Source: Flavobacteriales bacterium (lineage in GTDB: Bacteria > Bacteroidota > Bacteroidia > Flavobacteriales > Flavobacteriaceae). From it: a DNA stretch of 64,000 nt. How positions within the stretch are numbered: the first letter of the stretch is position 1; every line of letters starts with the position of its first letter. The stretch spans positions 16,712 to 80,711 of the forward strand of contig JAGXRF010000060.1 in the NCBI GenBank assembly GCA_018335925.1. The letters are read 5' to 3'. A program made the translations under genes and the position numbers. Shown piece after piece: positions 42,407-51,876 of this stretch. A model generated the notes under the pieces. That model had not been told where the DNA came from and searched no databases. It worked only from the letters and a program-made list of their open reading frames with translations.

Positions 42407-42572
42407 AAAAGTAGATTTTTATTTAAAATAATTCATTTTATAGGAGTGTTAGTATAATTTTATTAGTTAGTTGTAAAAGTTTTAATTTCTTCATCTATAT
42501 GTTTTTAGTTTATTTTTTTCAGTTGTTGACGGCTGTTTCTATCCAAGTTCAATCATTCAGAGAATACACTAA

Positions 42573-43184
42573 TTGAAAAAACTGATAATCGTGGGTGCAT
42601 CCAAGTTTGGTCTGGATATGGTCAAAACTTTGGTAGAGCAGCAGCTGGACTTTGAACTGATTGGCTACCTCGAGGATGATGGTCCCTACCTTGATTATGA
42701 GAAACACAAACTTGTTTACCTAGGTAAGGTTAGAAATTGGACTCCAGGTATGGAGGATCATTTTTTATTGGCAATTGAAATTATTGCCTTGCGAGTTCGA
42801 TTAGTTGAGCATTTATCCGGTTTGGGAGCTAAGTTTTTTAGCTACATACATCCTACCTCTATTGTAGGGGATTATGTTACCTTGGGGGAAGGCATTTACA
42901 TCGGGCCATTTTGTTACCTAGGAGATTATTGTCATATAGGCAGTTTTTCTATTCTTAAGTCTCGGATATTGATTCGGAAGTTTGTATCTCTTGGATTGTT
43001 TTCTCTCTTGGATAATCAGGTGGTAATTGGGGAAGGGGTAACTTTGGGAGATGGTAATATTTTAGGAAAAGGAACCTGGCTCAAATCGGCAAATACTTCC
43101 TTTGATGAAAATTTTCCTAATGCAAGCAGGTATTCAACCACCAATTTTTCTAAAGAATTATTTAATTGGTTTAGGTTAAACTAA
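42573..43184 (+). CDS. Divergent NeuD/PglD-like hexapeptide-repeat protein
   Basis: IVGAS.FG, YLED, YIHP, hexapeptide repeats; no GHD/EHD His visible. Confidence 0.7.
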   Translation: MKKLIIVGASKFGLDMVKTLVEQQLDFELIGYLEDDGPYLDYEKHKLVYLGKVRNWTPGMEDHFLLAIEIIALRVRLVEHLSGLGAKFFSYIHPTSIVGDYVTLGEGIYIGPFCYLGDYCHIGSFSILKSRILIRKFVSLGLFSLLDNQVVIGEGVTLGDGNILGKGTWLKSANTSFDENFPNASRYSTTNFSKELFNWFRLN

Positions 43185-43346
43185 GTCAGATGTAATTTAT
43201 ATTTTTCCAATTTAAATTATATAAGAATAATGTTTTATTATCTAAATCAAGATTCAAATTTCATTCATTTTTATTATTCTATTGACGAATTTTTAATATA
43301 AAATATACTTGGATTTAATTTATCAATTTATACTAGTTAATACATT

Positions 43347-45188
43347 ATGTGTGGAATCGTCGCGTACATAGGAACAAAAAATGCACTTCCTATTTTGATC
43401 AAGGGATTAAAACGTCTTGAATATCGAGGGTATGACAGTGCCGGGGTAGGATTGCTTTCTTCCCAGGGTTTAAAGGTGGTCAAGAGAAAAGGGAAAGTAA
43501 GTGCACTCGATCAGGATTTACCTGAATTAACGGCTTTGGAAGCAAACATTGGAATTGCTCATACCCGCTGGGCCACACATGGTATTCCCAACGATATCAA
43601 TGCCCATCCCCATCGCTCGAGTGATGGAAAAATGGCATTGATTCACAATGGCATCATCGAGAACTATGAGTCCTTAAAATTAGAGTTGGAAAAGAAGGGC
43701 CATTCCTTCGTCAGTGAAACGGACACAGAGGTTTTGATCAAACTGATTGAAGAGATTTACAAAGAAAATCACTGTGCCCTGGAGGATGCCGTAAGGATGG
43801 CCATGCAGACTGTAATTGGCGCATATGCTATTGCTTTGATCCATGAGGATTTTCCGGATCTACTGATTGCCGCCAGAAAAGGATCTCCTTTAGTGGTTGG
43901 GATTGGAAATGAGGAGTTTTTTCTGGCATCGGATGCAACCCCAATCATTGAATACACCAAAAAGGTAATTTATTTGGAAGACAAGGAATTAGCCATCATT
44001 AGAAATAAAGAGTTGGTGGTCAAAAACATTGAAAATTCCATGGTGGATCCTTACATCCAACAGCTGGAAATGGATCTGGAGGAGATTGAAAAAGGTGGTT
44101 TTGAGCATTTCATGCTGAAGGAGATTTTTGAACAGCCTAAATCCATCGCAGATTGTATGAGGGGAAGAATTAACTCCAACCAGGGAAAATTAACCCTTGG
44201 CGGAATTAAGGAATTCATGAATCAAATGGTGGATGCCAAGAAAATAACCTTAACCGCCTGCGGTACTTCTTGGCATGCTTCATTGGTAGCTGAATATTTG
44301 TTTGAAGAATTTGCCAGAGTACCCGTTGAGGTAGAATATGCCTCAGAGTTTAGGTATAGAAACCCGATCATTGGCCCTAGTGATCTATTGATTGCGGTCT
44401 CCCAATCCGGAGAGACCGCAGATACGCTGGCTGCTATTGAATTGGCTAAGGAAAGGGGGGCTACAATTTTTGGAGTTTGCAATGTAGTAGGAGCTTCTAT
44501 TCCGAGAGCAACCCATGCGGGAACATACACGCATGCTGGACCCGAAATTGGAGTGGCTTCCACTAAGGCCTTCACAGCTCAGATTACTGTTCTGACCATG
44601 TTTGCGCTAAAGCTCGCCAAGAAAAAAGGAACTCTGGATGCCGCAACCTACCATAAGCTTTTACAGGGATTGGATTCCATTCCCGAAAAGGTTCAAAAAT
44701 GCCTGCAGTCGGACAGCAAAATTTATAAAATTGCAAAAACCTATGCTGATGCAAAGAACTTCCTATACTTGGGTAGGGGAGTCAATTTTCCGGTCGCCTT
44801 GGAGGGGGCTTTAAAACTCAAGGAAATCTCCTACATCCATGCCGAAGGTTATCCAGCTGCTGAAATGAAGCACGGTCCCATTGCATTAATCGACGATCAA
44901 ATGCCAGTGGTCTTCATCGCTACCAAAGACAGTAGCTACGAGAAGATAGTTTCAAATATTCAGGAAGTGAAAGCAAGAAAAGGGAAGATTATTGCCATAG
45001 TTACCGAAGGAGACCAACAGGTAGCCCAATTGGCAGATCACTGCATAGAAATCCCTGAAGTGGAGGAATACCTATCTCCATTATTGACTGTAATCCCCTT
45101 ACAGTTGTTGGCTTACCATATTGCGGTACTTCGTGGATGTAACGTAGATCAACCCCGAAACTTGGCCAAATCAGTGACCGTGGAATAA
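43347..45188 (+). CDS. glmS: Glutamine--fructose-6-phosphate aminotransferase
   Basis: MCGIV, LEYRGYDSAG, HTRWATHG, SQSGETADT, QPRNLAKSVTVE. Confidence 0.98.
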   Translation: MCGIVAYIGTKNALPILIKGLKRLEYRGYDSAGVGLLSSQGLKVVKRKGKVSALDQDLPELTALEANIGIAHTRWATHGIPNDINAHPHRSSDGKMALIHNGIIENYESLKLELEKKGHSFVSETDTEVLIKLIEEIYKENHCALEDAVRMAMQTVIGAYAIALIHEDFPDLLIAARKGSPLVVGIGNEEFFLASDATPIIEYTKKVIYLEDKELAIIRNKELVVKNIENSMVDPYIQQLEMDLEEIEKGGFEHFMLKEIFEQPKSIADCMRGRINSNQGKLTLGGIKEFMNQMVDAKKITLTACGTSWHASLVAEYLFEEFARVPVEVEYASEFRYRNPIIGPSDLLIAVSQSGETADTLAAIELAKERGATIFGVCNVVGASIPRATHAGTYTHAGPEIGVASTKAFTAQITVLTMFALKLAKKKGTLDAATYHKLLQGLDSIPEKVQKCLQSDSKIYKIAKTYADAKNFLYLGRGVNFPVALEGALKLKEISYIHAEGYPAAEMKHGPIALIDDQMPVVFIATKDSSYEKIVSNIQEVKARKGKIIAIVTEGDQQVAQLADHCIEIPEVEEYLSPLLTVIPLQLLAYHIAVLRGCNVDQPRNLAKSVTVE

Positions 45189-45196
45189 GTGGGGAA

Positions 45197-45238
45197 TTTC
45201 AAACTGTAGGAAATGAAGATTCTTCCTACAGTTTGAAA
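45197..45238. terminator. 16-bp perfect inverted repeat after glmS
   Basis: TTTCAAACTGTAGGAA-N10-TTCCTACAGTTTGAAA; no clear U-tract. Confidence 0.5.
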
Positions 45239-45442
45239 CGTGCACTTACCCTAATCACTAAATTTGATGATAAGGAAATCAAAGCGTTCCATTATTATGA
45301 AAGTTGCCCTTTCTTTTTGTACTAAATAAACCCTGGATGACCCACTTCCCTGCCTTGATTTTCTTGGCGGGGAAGTAATTATTTTAACTTGTTTATCAAT
45401 GCTAATCGCATTCTAGTGTACAAATCTTTATTCTAGTTTAAG

Positions 45443-46024
45443 TTGAAGCAACTAGTACTTATCGGAGGAACAGCTCTTTCCGCTACCATTTACTCTTTTC
45501 TTACACAGGCTCAGGAAGTGTATCCGGAGGAATTTGATTTTAAAATCTTAGGATTCTTCGACGATGCTGCGGATCACTTTAAAAATCAAAGATTTGATGT
45601 GCCGTATTTAGGAAAAATAACCGGCCATGTAGTAAGGATGGATGTGGAATATTTGGTAGGAATTAGAAATACCAAACTTAAACAAAGGCTGGTGAAAAAA
45701 CTGACCATGAAGGGAGCTTCTTTTTTTAAGTTTATCCATCCTTTGGCCAAATTGGGACACTCTTTTGATTCAGGTGATGGCTGCATTATCGGGCCAAATT
45801 GCACGATCGGAGATAATGTTCTTTTGGGAAATCATGTTGTATTGCTTTCCAATGTTCGCATTGGAGACGAAGTTACCATCCATGATTTCAACTTTATATC
45901 GGACTATGTGAAAATTGAAAGCTACGGCACAAAAGAAGTTGGCAGCATTACCCTTCAAGACCACTACCAACTCCAACATGAGGGAAAACAGGACCCTATC
46001 AAGGGAGATGATATCTATTATTAA
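45443..46024 (+). CDS. Divergent NeuD/PglD-like hexapeptide-repeat protein
   Basis: LIGG, GFFDD, PYLG.I.GH, FIHP, hexapeptide repeats; resembles 33433; IGDE where GHD is expected. Confidence 0.7.
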   Translation: MKQLVLIGGTALSATIYSFLTQAQEVYPEEFDFKILGFFDDAADHFKNQRFDVPYLGKITGHVVRMDVEYLVGIRNTKLKQRLVKKLTMKGASFFKFIHPLAKLGHSFDSGDGCIIGPNCTIGDNVLLGNHVVLLSNVRIGDEVTIHDFNFISDYVKIESYGTKEVGSITLQDHYQLQHEGKQDPIKGDDIYY

Positions 46025-46211
46025 TTTAGCATCCTAAGTTTATTTAATTTTTTGTCACCATCCCTCTTGTTTAGTTTTTTTTTATTTTAATCAAATCAGT
46101 ACAATTAATAATTTTTAATTGTTTATATCCTATTATCGCCTGCTTTCAAACAGGGACTTTTTCTTCCTATGCTATTTATATACGCGTTATGTGTTTTTAA
46201 TAAAGATATTT

Positions 46212-46400
46212 TGAAATCGAGCATGACGCAAGCGACACACAGAGGGAGGATTATAATCCATGCGAGATTCCATCTGACCAATAAAAAACAAATTATAAAC
46301 AGATGAAATCGAGCATGACGCAAGCGACACACAGAGGGAGGATTATAATCCATGCGAGATTCCATGTGGCCTTTAAAAATCAGATTATAATCACATGAAA
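46212..46400. repeat. 92-bp tandem array 1 (two units)
   Basis: TGAAAT recurs at 46212, 46304, 46396. Confidence 0.95.
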
Positions 46401-46461
46401 TGAAGAGTAATAGGCTTAAAACCAATTTAACAATTCAGACATTTCAATTGAAAATAAAGGT

Positions 46462-47034
46462 ATGCTCTATAGTCAAAAGCCTATTCTAATTTGGTTTACT
46501 GGACTTCCCGGTTCAGGAAAATCTGCTATTGCAAAAGGTCTTGAATTTAAGTTAGCCCAACTCGGTTTCTCTACTTATTTATTGGATGAAAATAAGTTGG
46601 AAAATGGCCTAAATTCAGATTTGGGTAAGTCAACTCCTGAATACATAGAATCTTCCAGAAGAATAGGAGAGGTGGCCGTATTGATGATTCAGTCGGGCTT
46701 AATTGTTATTGTTTGTGCAGTTTCCCCATCCAAAAAACAAAGGGAAGAGGTAATGAAGAAAGTTGGCCAACTGAACTTTGTAGAAGTATATCTCGACCGT
46801 ACAAATCCTTTCAACACAGTGGAGGCTGTAAATGAATTGGATTACAAGGACCTGTCTCAATCTGATTTGGAGGTGATTGTTTTTGAAGAACCTGCTCAAC
46901 CTGATTTTCATGCTCAAACAATGGATGAAGATCATGGCGCAATCATTCAAAAATTGGTTGACCTGGTATTTCCTAAAGTGAACATTGGAAATCAAGTTTC
47001 TTCATTTTCTCCCTATACCTTCTTGATTGTTTAG
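46462..47034 (+). CDS. Divergent adenylyl-sulfate kinase (CysC)-like protein
   Basis: WFTGLPGSGKS P-loop, GLNSDLG, RRIGEVA; LDGD changed to LDEN and RDPKGLY/FTG lid absent. Confidence 0.75.
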   Translation: MLYSQKPILIWFTGLPGSGKSAIAKGLEFKLAQLGFSTYLLDENKLENGLNSDLGKSTPEYIESSRRIGEVAVLMIQSGLIVIVCAVSPSKKQREEVMKKVGQLNFVEVYLDRTNPFNTVEAVNELDYKDLSQSDLEVIVFEEPAQPDFHAQTMDEDHGAIIQKLVDLVFPKVNIGNQVSSFSPYTFLIV

Positions 47035-47177
47035 CGTTTTCCAGGTCAACGCATTGAATAATTATTCCAATAGAAATGAATTTATAATTAACTTTAGCTC
47101 ATTTTTCATCCGTGATTTTTAATTCTCCTATAAAATCCTAATTGAAATCATCTGCTTCAGAAAAATAGCGTAATTGA

Positions 47178-47950
47178 ATGGTGCGGGAAAAAATCTGTAT
47201 TGTTTCGGGGCATTATCCTAATCAGGTATTGTATGCAAAAATGACTCGGCTCATTTTGGAACAGTATAGTAAATTACATCAGTATGATTTTTATTACGAT
47301 GCGGAGACTCCAGTTCCCTTAATTACCTCTGAGTTACACTTCAGAAGATGTTTACTGTTAACCCAAGCTAGTGAGGCATTCCCGGAATGTGACTGGTATG
47401 TGTGGATGGATACCGATATCTACGTGCAAAGCATGCATAGGAGGATTGAAGAATGTATTGATTTAACTGATCCCACGATTCTTTACCATGTTTTTCATGA
47501 GAAACCTTGGCTATATCCTGTCAATACGGGAGTAAAGTTTATCCATAAGTCTGTGATTCATTGGGAAAAGGAAATATATTCGAAAAGAGAGAATGTCCTT
47601 ATCCCTTTGAACAGAAATTGGTAATTGATTACATTATTCCAACTTATGGAAACAAAGTGAAAATACATGATCCTGAAAAATTGAATTGTCTGTATAAAGT
47701 ACATGATCCCAAATCTGCATTGTTTATTCATATTTGCAGTTATCAGCAATTCGAAAGAAATCTTATTATTTTAAAAAATACCAGAGGAATGTACTCTGAT
47801 TTTTCTGCATTGACTGAGCAAAGGTTTTTTAAGTTTTGGTATATTTATTATCTTATTTATTTAACAGCTAAATTCAAGGAATCGGTAAAAAGAAAACTAA
47901 GTAAGTTTTTTATGTCGGAAAATAAATTTCAATATAAGTGGTTAGGGTAG
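47178..47950 (+). pseudogene. GT34/MNN10-like glycosyltransferase split by a frameshift near 47583-47593
   Basis: WYVWMDTD and VNTGV in the first frame, PFEQ and FIH in the second; switch at AAAAGAGAGAA. Confidence 0.7.
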
Positions 47951-48089
47951 TAGTTTAAAATTTTGATAATCTTAATAATCTTAATTTTAGTTTTAAAAGA
48001 TTTAGGAATCCTTAATTTATTAAGCCAATAAAACTAAAATCAATAGCAATCCGGAAGAGAAGGAGATTTTTTTAATTAGTCACCAACCC

Positions 48090-48115
48090 AAGAGCCCCTT
48101 AAAGGGGCTCTTTTT
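48090..48115 (+). terminator. Rho-independent terminator
   Basis: AAGAGCCCCTT-A-AAGGGGCTCTT followed by T-tract. Confidence 0.8.
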
Positions 48116-48117
48116 GT

Positions 48118-48535
48118 TGAAATGCCCATGAGAATGGCTGCTCACACAACTTGTCCCGACTTGGTTTCGGGAGGGGAATGATTATCCAGAGCATTCTCCC
48201 GATGAAAGATCGGGACGAGCTATGTGGCAAATGAAAATCAAATTATAAACACATGAAATCGAGCATGACTATAAAGTCACATACTGGAATGATTATTGGA
48301 TTTGCGAGAATCCTTGTGGCCTTTAAAAATCAAATTATAAACACATGAAATCGAGCATGACGCAAGCGACACAAAGAGGGAGGATTATAATCCATGCGAG
48401 ATTCCATCTGACCAAGGAAAAACAAATTATAAACAGATGAAATCGAGCATGACTAAAAAGTCACACACTGGAATGATTATAAGATTTGCGAGATTCCATG
48501 TGGCCTTTAAAAATCATGTTATAATCACATGAAAT
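48118..48535. repeat. 92-bp tandem array 2 (one expanded 136-bp unit + three 92-bp units)
   Basis: TGAAAT recurs at 48118, 48254, 48346, 48438, 48530. Confidence 0.95.
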
Positions 48536-48580
48536 ACAGGTTAATGAAGATTGGTAATTAGCTGCGTGTGCTAACAAACG

Positions 48581-48610
48581 AAAAAGGAGGCTCAGAAAGC
48601 CTCCTTTTTT
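48581..48610. terminator. Bidirectional rho-independent terminator (end of wzc)
   Basis: AAAAAGGAGGCT-CAGAA-AGCCTCCTTTTTT. Confidence 0.88.
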
Positions 48611-48629
48611 GTCCAATATAAAATCCAAT

Positions 48630-51059
48630 TTAACCAAAAAGTTTCTCCATCAATCCTTTTTTCTTTTCCTCGGTATAGGTATTGTAGTTGGAGTAATACC
48701 CATATCCATATCCATACCCATAGTAGTATCCGTCAATGCCAAATTTGTGCATGTCATTGACAATCGCATACAAATTGTCAAGTCCCATTTTTTCTTTTAA
48801 GTCATTGGCTATCTGTACCTGATTGATAAAGGAATAGTTTTGCCTCAATATGAACAGGTTAATATCAGAATACCTGGTCAAATCCATGGTCTCGGATACC
48901 AATCCGATCGGGGAAGTATCAATGACCACAAAGTCGTAGCTTTCTTTGAGTTCTTCCATCAGTTTTTCAAACCTCTTGGTATTGATCAATTCGGCACTCC
49001 GCTCCACAAAAGGACCGGCATTCAAGAGATCCAGATTTTCCTGACCGGTGGCTTGTAGGAGGTTCTTCCAATTGTTTTCACTTTGAAGCAAGTAGGTGGT
49101 CACCCCGGATTTATTGTGCAGGGTATCCAATTCTTTGTGAATGGCAGGTTTCCTTAAATCCATACCAACAAGTAAGGTTTTCTTACCCAAAGCGGCATAG
49201 ATACTTGCAATCTTGATACTTACAAAAGTTTTTCCTTCACCCGGTCGGGTAGAAGTCACTAGGATGGTACCCTTGTCTTTGAAATCGAAGCGGATAGATA
49301 GATTGGAACGTATGGTTCGAAAGGATTCTGTCAAAGTGGATTTGGAGTTTTGATCGAGGATAGGTGTTCTTTCCTTTTCTCTCGGTACAAATCCCAGGAC
49401 CGGGATTTTCAACAGGTTTTCGACTTCCTTGGGATCCATGACCTTGTGATAAAACAAAGACCAAATGATCAAGATCAGGAGTGGGACTACAATTCCCAAA
49501 GAAGCTCCAATCGCCAAATTTCGGGAAAGTTTGGGGGACACAGGGGTATTGTTGAGCATCGCGGTATCCAGGATCCTATGCTTGGTAATCGTAGATGCTT
49601 TTTGGATTTCCGTTTCCGCTTTTTTCTGTAACAAAAAGGTATAAATGGATTCATTTAGCTTAAACCTTCTCTCTATGGAAATCAAATTTCTTTCTACCTC
49701 GGGCAAGAGATTAAAGTCCTTTTCCACGACACCCAACATCCCTTTCAACCTGGAAATATGGGTACTGATGTTGACGATAGCATTGGCAATACTTTCGTTC
49801 AAATTGATCTTCAGGTTTTCTATTTTGCTGTTCAATTCCCGGACATAAGCAAATGAATCCCCGGCAAGAACACCTCGTAATCCTGACTTTTCATTTTGCA
49901 ATTTCAGGAGATCACTTACCATGGTATTGAATAAGGGATCTTCTATTCCAATGACTGAAGGAACCAATAATTCTTGGCCTTCCGGATTGCTCAGGTATTT
50001 TTTCAGGTTTTGATAGTATTCAAGCCTGAGCGTTTGCTTACCCAATTCGTCTTCCAGTTTGACCGATTCACTTAGGATATTGGATCCCTTTTCGGACAAA
50101 CTGGTTATCCGGTTGATCTTTCGATAAGATTGCAACTCATTTTCATAGACATTAAGGCTATCAGAAACTGTTGCGATCTGGTTTTGTATAAAGTCAAGTG
50201 TTTGTTGTGAAGTGAGACTTCGCTCATTTAAATCACTCTCCAAAAAAGAATCCATCAATGTGTTGATGTACAGCTCACCTATTTTTTTGTCCGGGTGTTC
50301 AATTCGAATCTTTAAAGCCGTGGTTTCTTTGTTCGCCGGGCTTACCTGTACCAAGGCATTGAAAGATTTGGCTACTTTTTCATCATCCTGAATTCTGAAA
50401 TAGATTTCATCGAAATTCGATGCCTGAAAATCGATGATAGTAAATTCAAAGAAAGGAGTGGTGATTACTTCCCCAAATTTTCCTTTGATTTCTGTTAAAG
50501 TCCCTCCAGGTAGGTCTGCATAGCTGTCAGCTCCAACATTTTTGGATTTGGTATACAGTTGGGAGCCCTCCCCCTCTGTAGGGGTCAAGGTAAACGCATT
50601 ATTTCCTTCAGGTGTAAGTTTGAACAGGGTATTGATCAGTTGGGGTTTGTCCCAATTAACTTCCACCCGAATAGGATAGGTATTGTAAATGGGCTTCAAT
50701 CTCCAGAGGCTTTCACGTAGGTAGGTAACATTCAAGTCCAACTTTTTAACTGTTTTGACAGCCAAGGAGTGAGTTTGAAGGGTGACGATTTCGTTTTGAA
50801 GTGAAGTATTTCCCGATGAACCCCTTTCTGTTGAAAAAATATCCAAGTTGAGGGTGTTTTTGTCTTCACTGATCAACAGAAGAGATTCAGATTCGTAAAT
50901 GGGCGTGGTCTCTTTCGTTATGTAGTAGGAGAGCAACAAACTAAATAAAATGCTGCTAATAAAGATATACCACTTCGATAAAGCCTTTTCTAGGATACGT
51001 TTCGGATCCAGAATGTCGATTTCTCCAATAGTTTTGGAGGTAGGTGAATTTTCCAGCAT
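48630..51059 (-). CDS. wzc: Polysaccharide co-polymerase / tyrosine autokinase
   Basis: Two TMs, coiled coil, ESFRTIRSN, PGEGKT Walker A, DLRKP, VIDTSP, C-terminal Tyr cluster GYYYGYGYGYGYY. Confidence 0.95.
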   Translation of the reverse strand: MLENSPTSKTIGEIDILDPKRILEKALSKWYIFISSILFSLLLSYYITKETTPIYESESLLLISEDKNTLNLDIFSTERGSSGNTSLQNEIVTLQTHSLAVKTVKKLDLNVTYLRESLWRLKPIYNTYPIRVEVNWDKPQLINTLFKLTPEGNNAFTLTPTEGEGSQLYTKSKNVGADSYADLPGGTLTEIKGKFGEVITTPFFEFTIIDFQASNFDEIYFRIQDDEKVAKSFNALVQVSPANKETTALKIRIEHPDKKIGELYINTLMDSFLESDLNERSLTSQQTLDFIQNQIATVSDSLNVYENELQSYRKINRITSLSEKGSNILSESVKLEDELGKQTLRLEYYQNLKKYLSNPEGQELLVPSVIGIEDPLFNTMVSDLLKLQNEKSGLRGVLAGDSFAYVRELNSKIENLKINLNESIANAIVNISTHISRLKGMLGVVEKDFNLLPEVERNLISIERRFKLNESIYTFLLQKKAETEIQKASTITKHRILDTAMLNNTPVSPKLSRNLAIGASLGIVVPLLILIIWSLFYHKVMDPKEVENLLKIPVLGFVPREKERTPILDQNSKSTLTESFRTIRSNLSIRFDFKDKGTILVTSTRPGEGKTFVSIKIASIYAALGKKTLLVGMDLRKPAIHKELDTLHNKSGVTTYLLQSENNWKNLLQATGQENLDLLNAGPFVERSAELINTKRFEKLMEELKESYDFVVIDTSPIGLVSETMDLTRYSDINLFILRQNYSFINQVQIANDLKEKMGLDNLYAIVNDMHKFGIDGYYYGYGYGYGYYSNYNTYTEEKKKGLMEKLFG

Positions 51060-51069
51060 GACTAATTAG

Positions 51070-51876
51070 TTATTTTAAAAAGTTGAAAATCAACAATAGG
51101 GTAGTTAACACACTTGAGACCAAGAGAATATTTTGACTCGCATTTTCTGTTCTTGCGAATTCTCTTTGTTTTAAGGGTTCAGCGTAGATCTGATCGTTGG
51201 TTTGAATAAAGTAATAGGGGGTTTGGATGATACTTCTGTCCAATAGGTTGACGCGATGAATTTTGGTACCGTTAGGATATTGCCTGAGTATTATTACTTC
51301 GTTCCGTTTGGCAAAGGTGGTAAAGTCACCTGCATTGGAGAGGGCTTCAAAAATGGTGATCCTGTCTTGGAGAATGGTGAACTTGCCAGGTCTGTTGACC
51401 TCTCCAAAAATAGAATACCGAATACCTCCCAATTTTACTCTCACGAAGATATCTTCGTTAACTAGCTTTTTTAAGGATTCTTGGATTTTGTTTTTTGTTT
51501 CATCCAAGGAGGTACCCGCCACTGAAATTTTACCCAACAAGGGCAGTTCTATATTTCCTTCTTTATCGACTGTATAGCCGGTCATGTAGTACACATCTCC
51601 ACCTCCTTGTATAGCCATTCCCCCATTCATTTGGTTAGGCCTTTCAATTTGAAATGCTGCATTGATGAAGTCTACTGTTGTTTTGATATCTATGCTGACA
51701 ATATCATTGTATTGTAGTTTATATTCTGGAGTTTCATAGGTAATCAATTGATCATCGGTGAGTTCCTTGTTATTTTCAAGATTTTGGAGATAGACTAGTG
51801 AACTGTTGGATATGCAAGATCCTGTAAAGTACAAGATTGAAAAAAAGGCAATAATTCGTGAGATGAATTTGGGCAT
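51070..51876 (-). CDS. wza: Polysaccharide export lipoprotein
   Basis: Lipobox-like TGSC, VD.EG.I.LP.LG, GEV.RPG, EAL..AGD, C-terminal amphipathic helix. Confidence 0.92.
   Translation of the reverse strand: MPKFISRIIAFFSILYFTGSCISNSSLVYLQNLENNKELTDDQLITYETPEYKLQYNDIVSIDIKTTVDFINAAFQIERPNQMNGGMAIQGGGDVYYMTGYTVDKEGNIELPLLGKISVAGTSLDETKNKIQESLKKLVNEDIFVRVKLGGIRYSIFGEVNRPGKFTILQDRITIFEALSNAGDFTTFAKRNEVIILRQYPNGTKIHRVNLLDRSIIQTPYYFIQTNDQIYAEPLKQREFARTENASQNILLVSSVLTTLLLIFNFLK

Noticed and set aside
43185-43346. glmS ribozyme
   Set aside because: Leader is extremely AT-rich with no recognisable ribozyme core
46123-46425. 100-aa minus-strand ORF
   Set aside because: Antisense reading of repeat array 1; no protein features
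46212-48535. CRISPR array
   Set aside because: Variable segments recur between units instead of being unique spacers; period is 92 bp with two constant joints; no cas genes in the window
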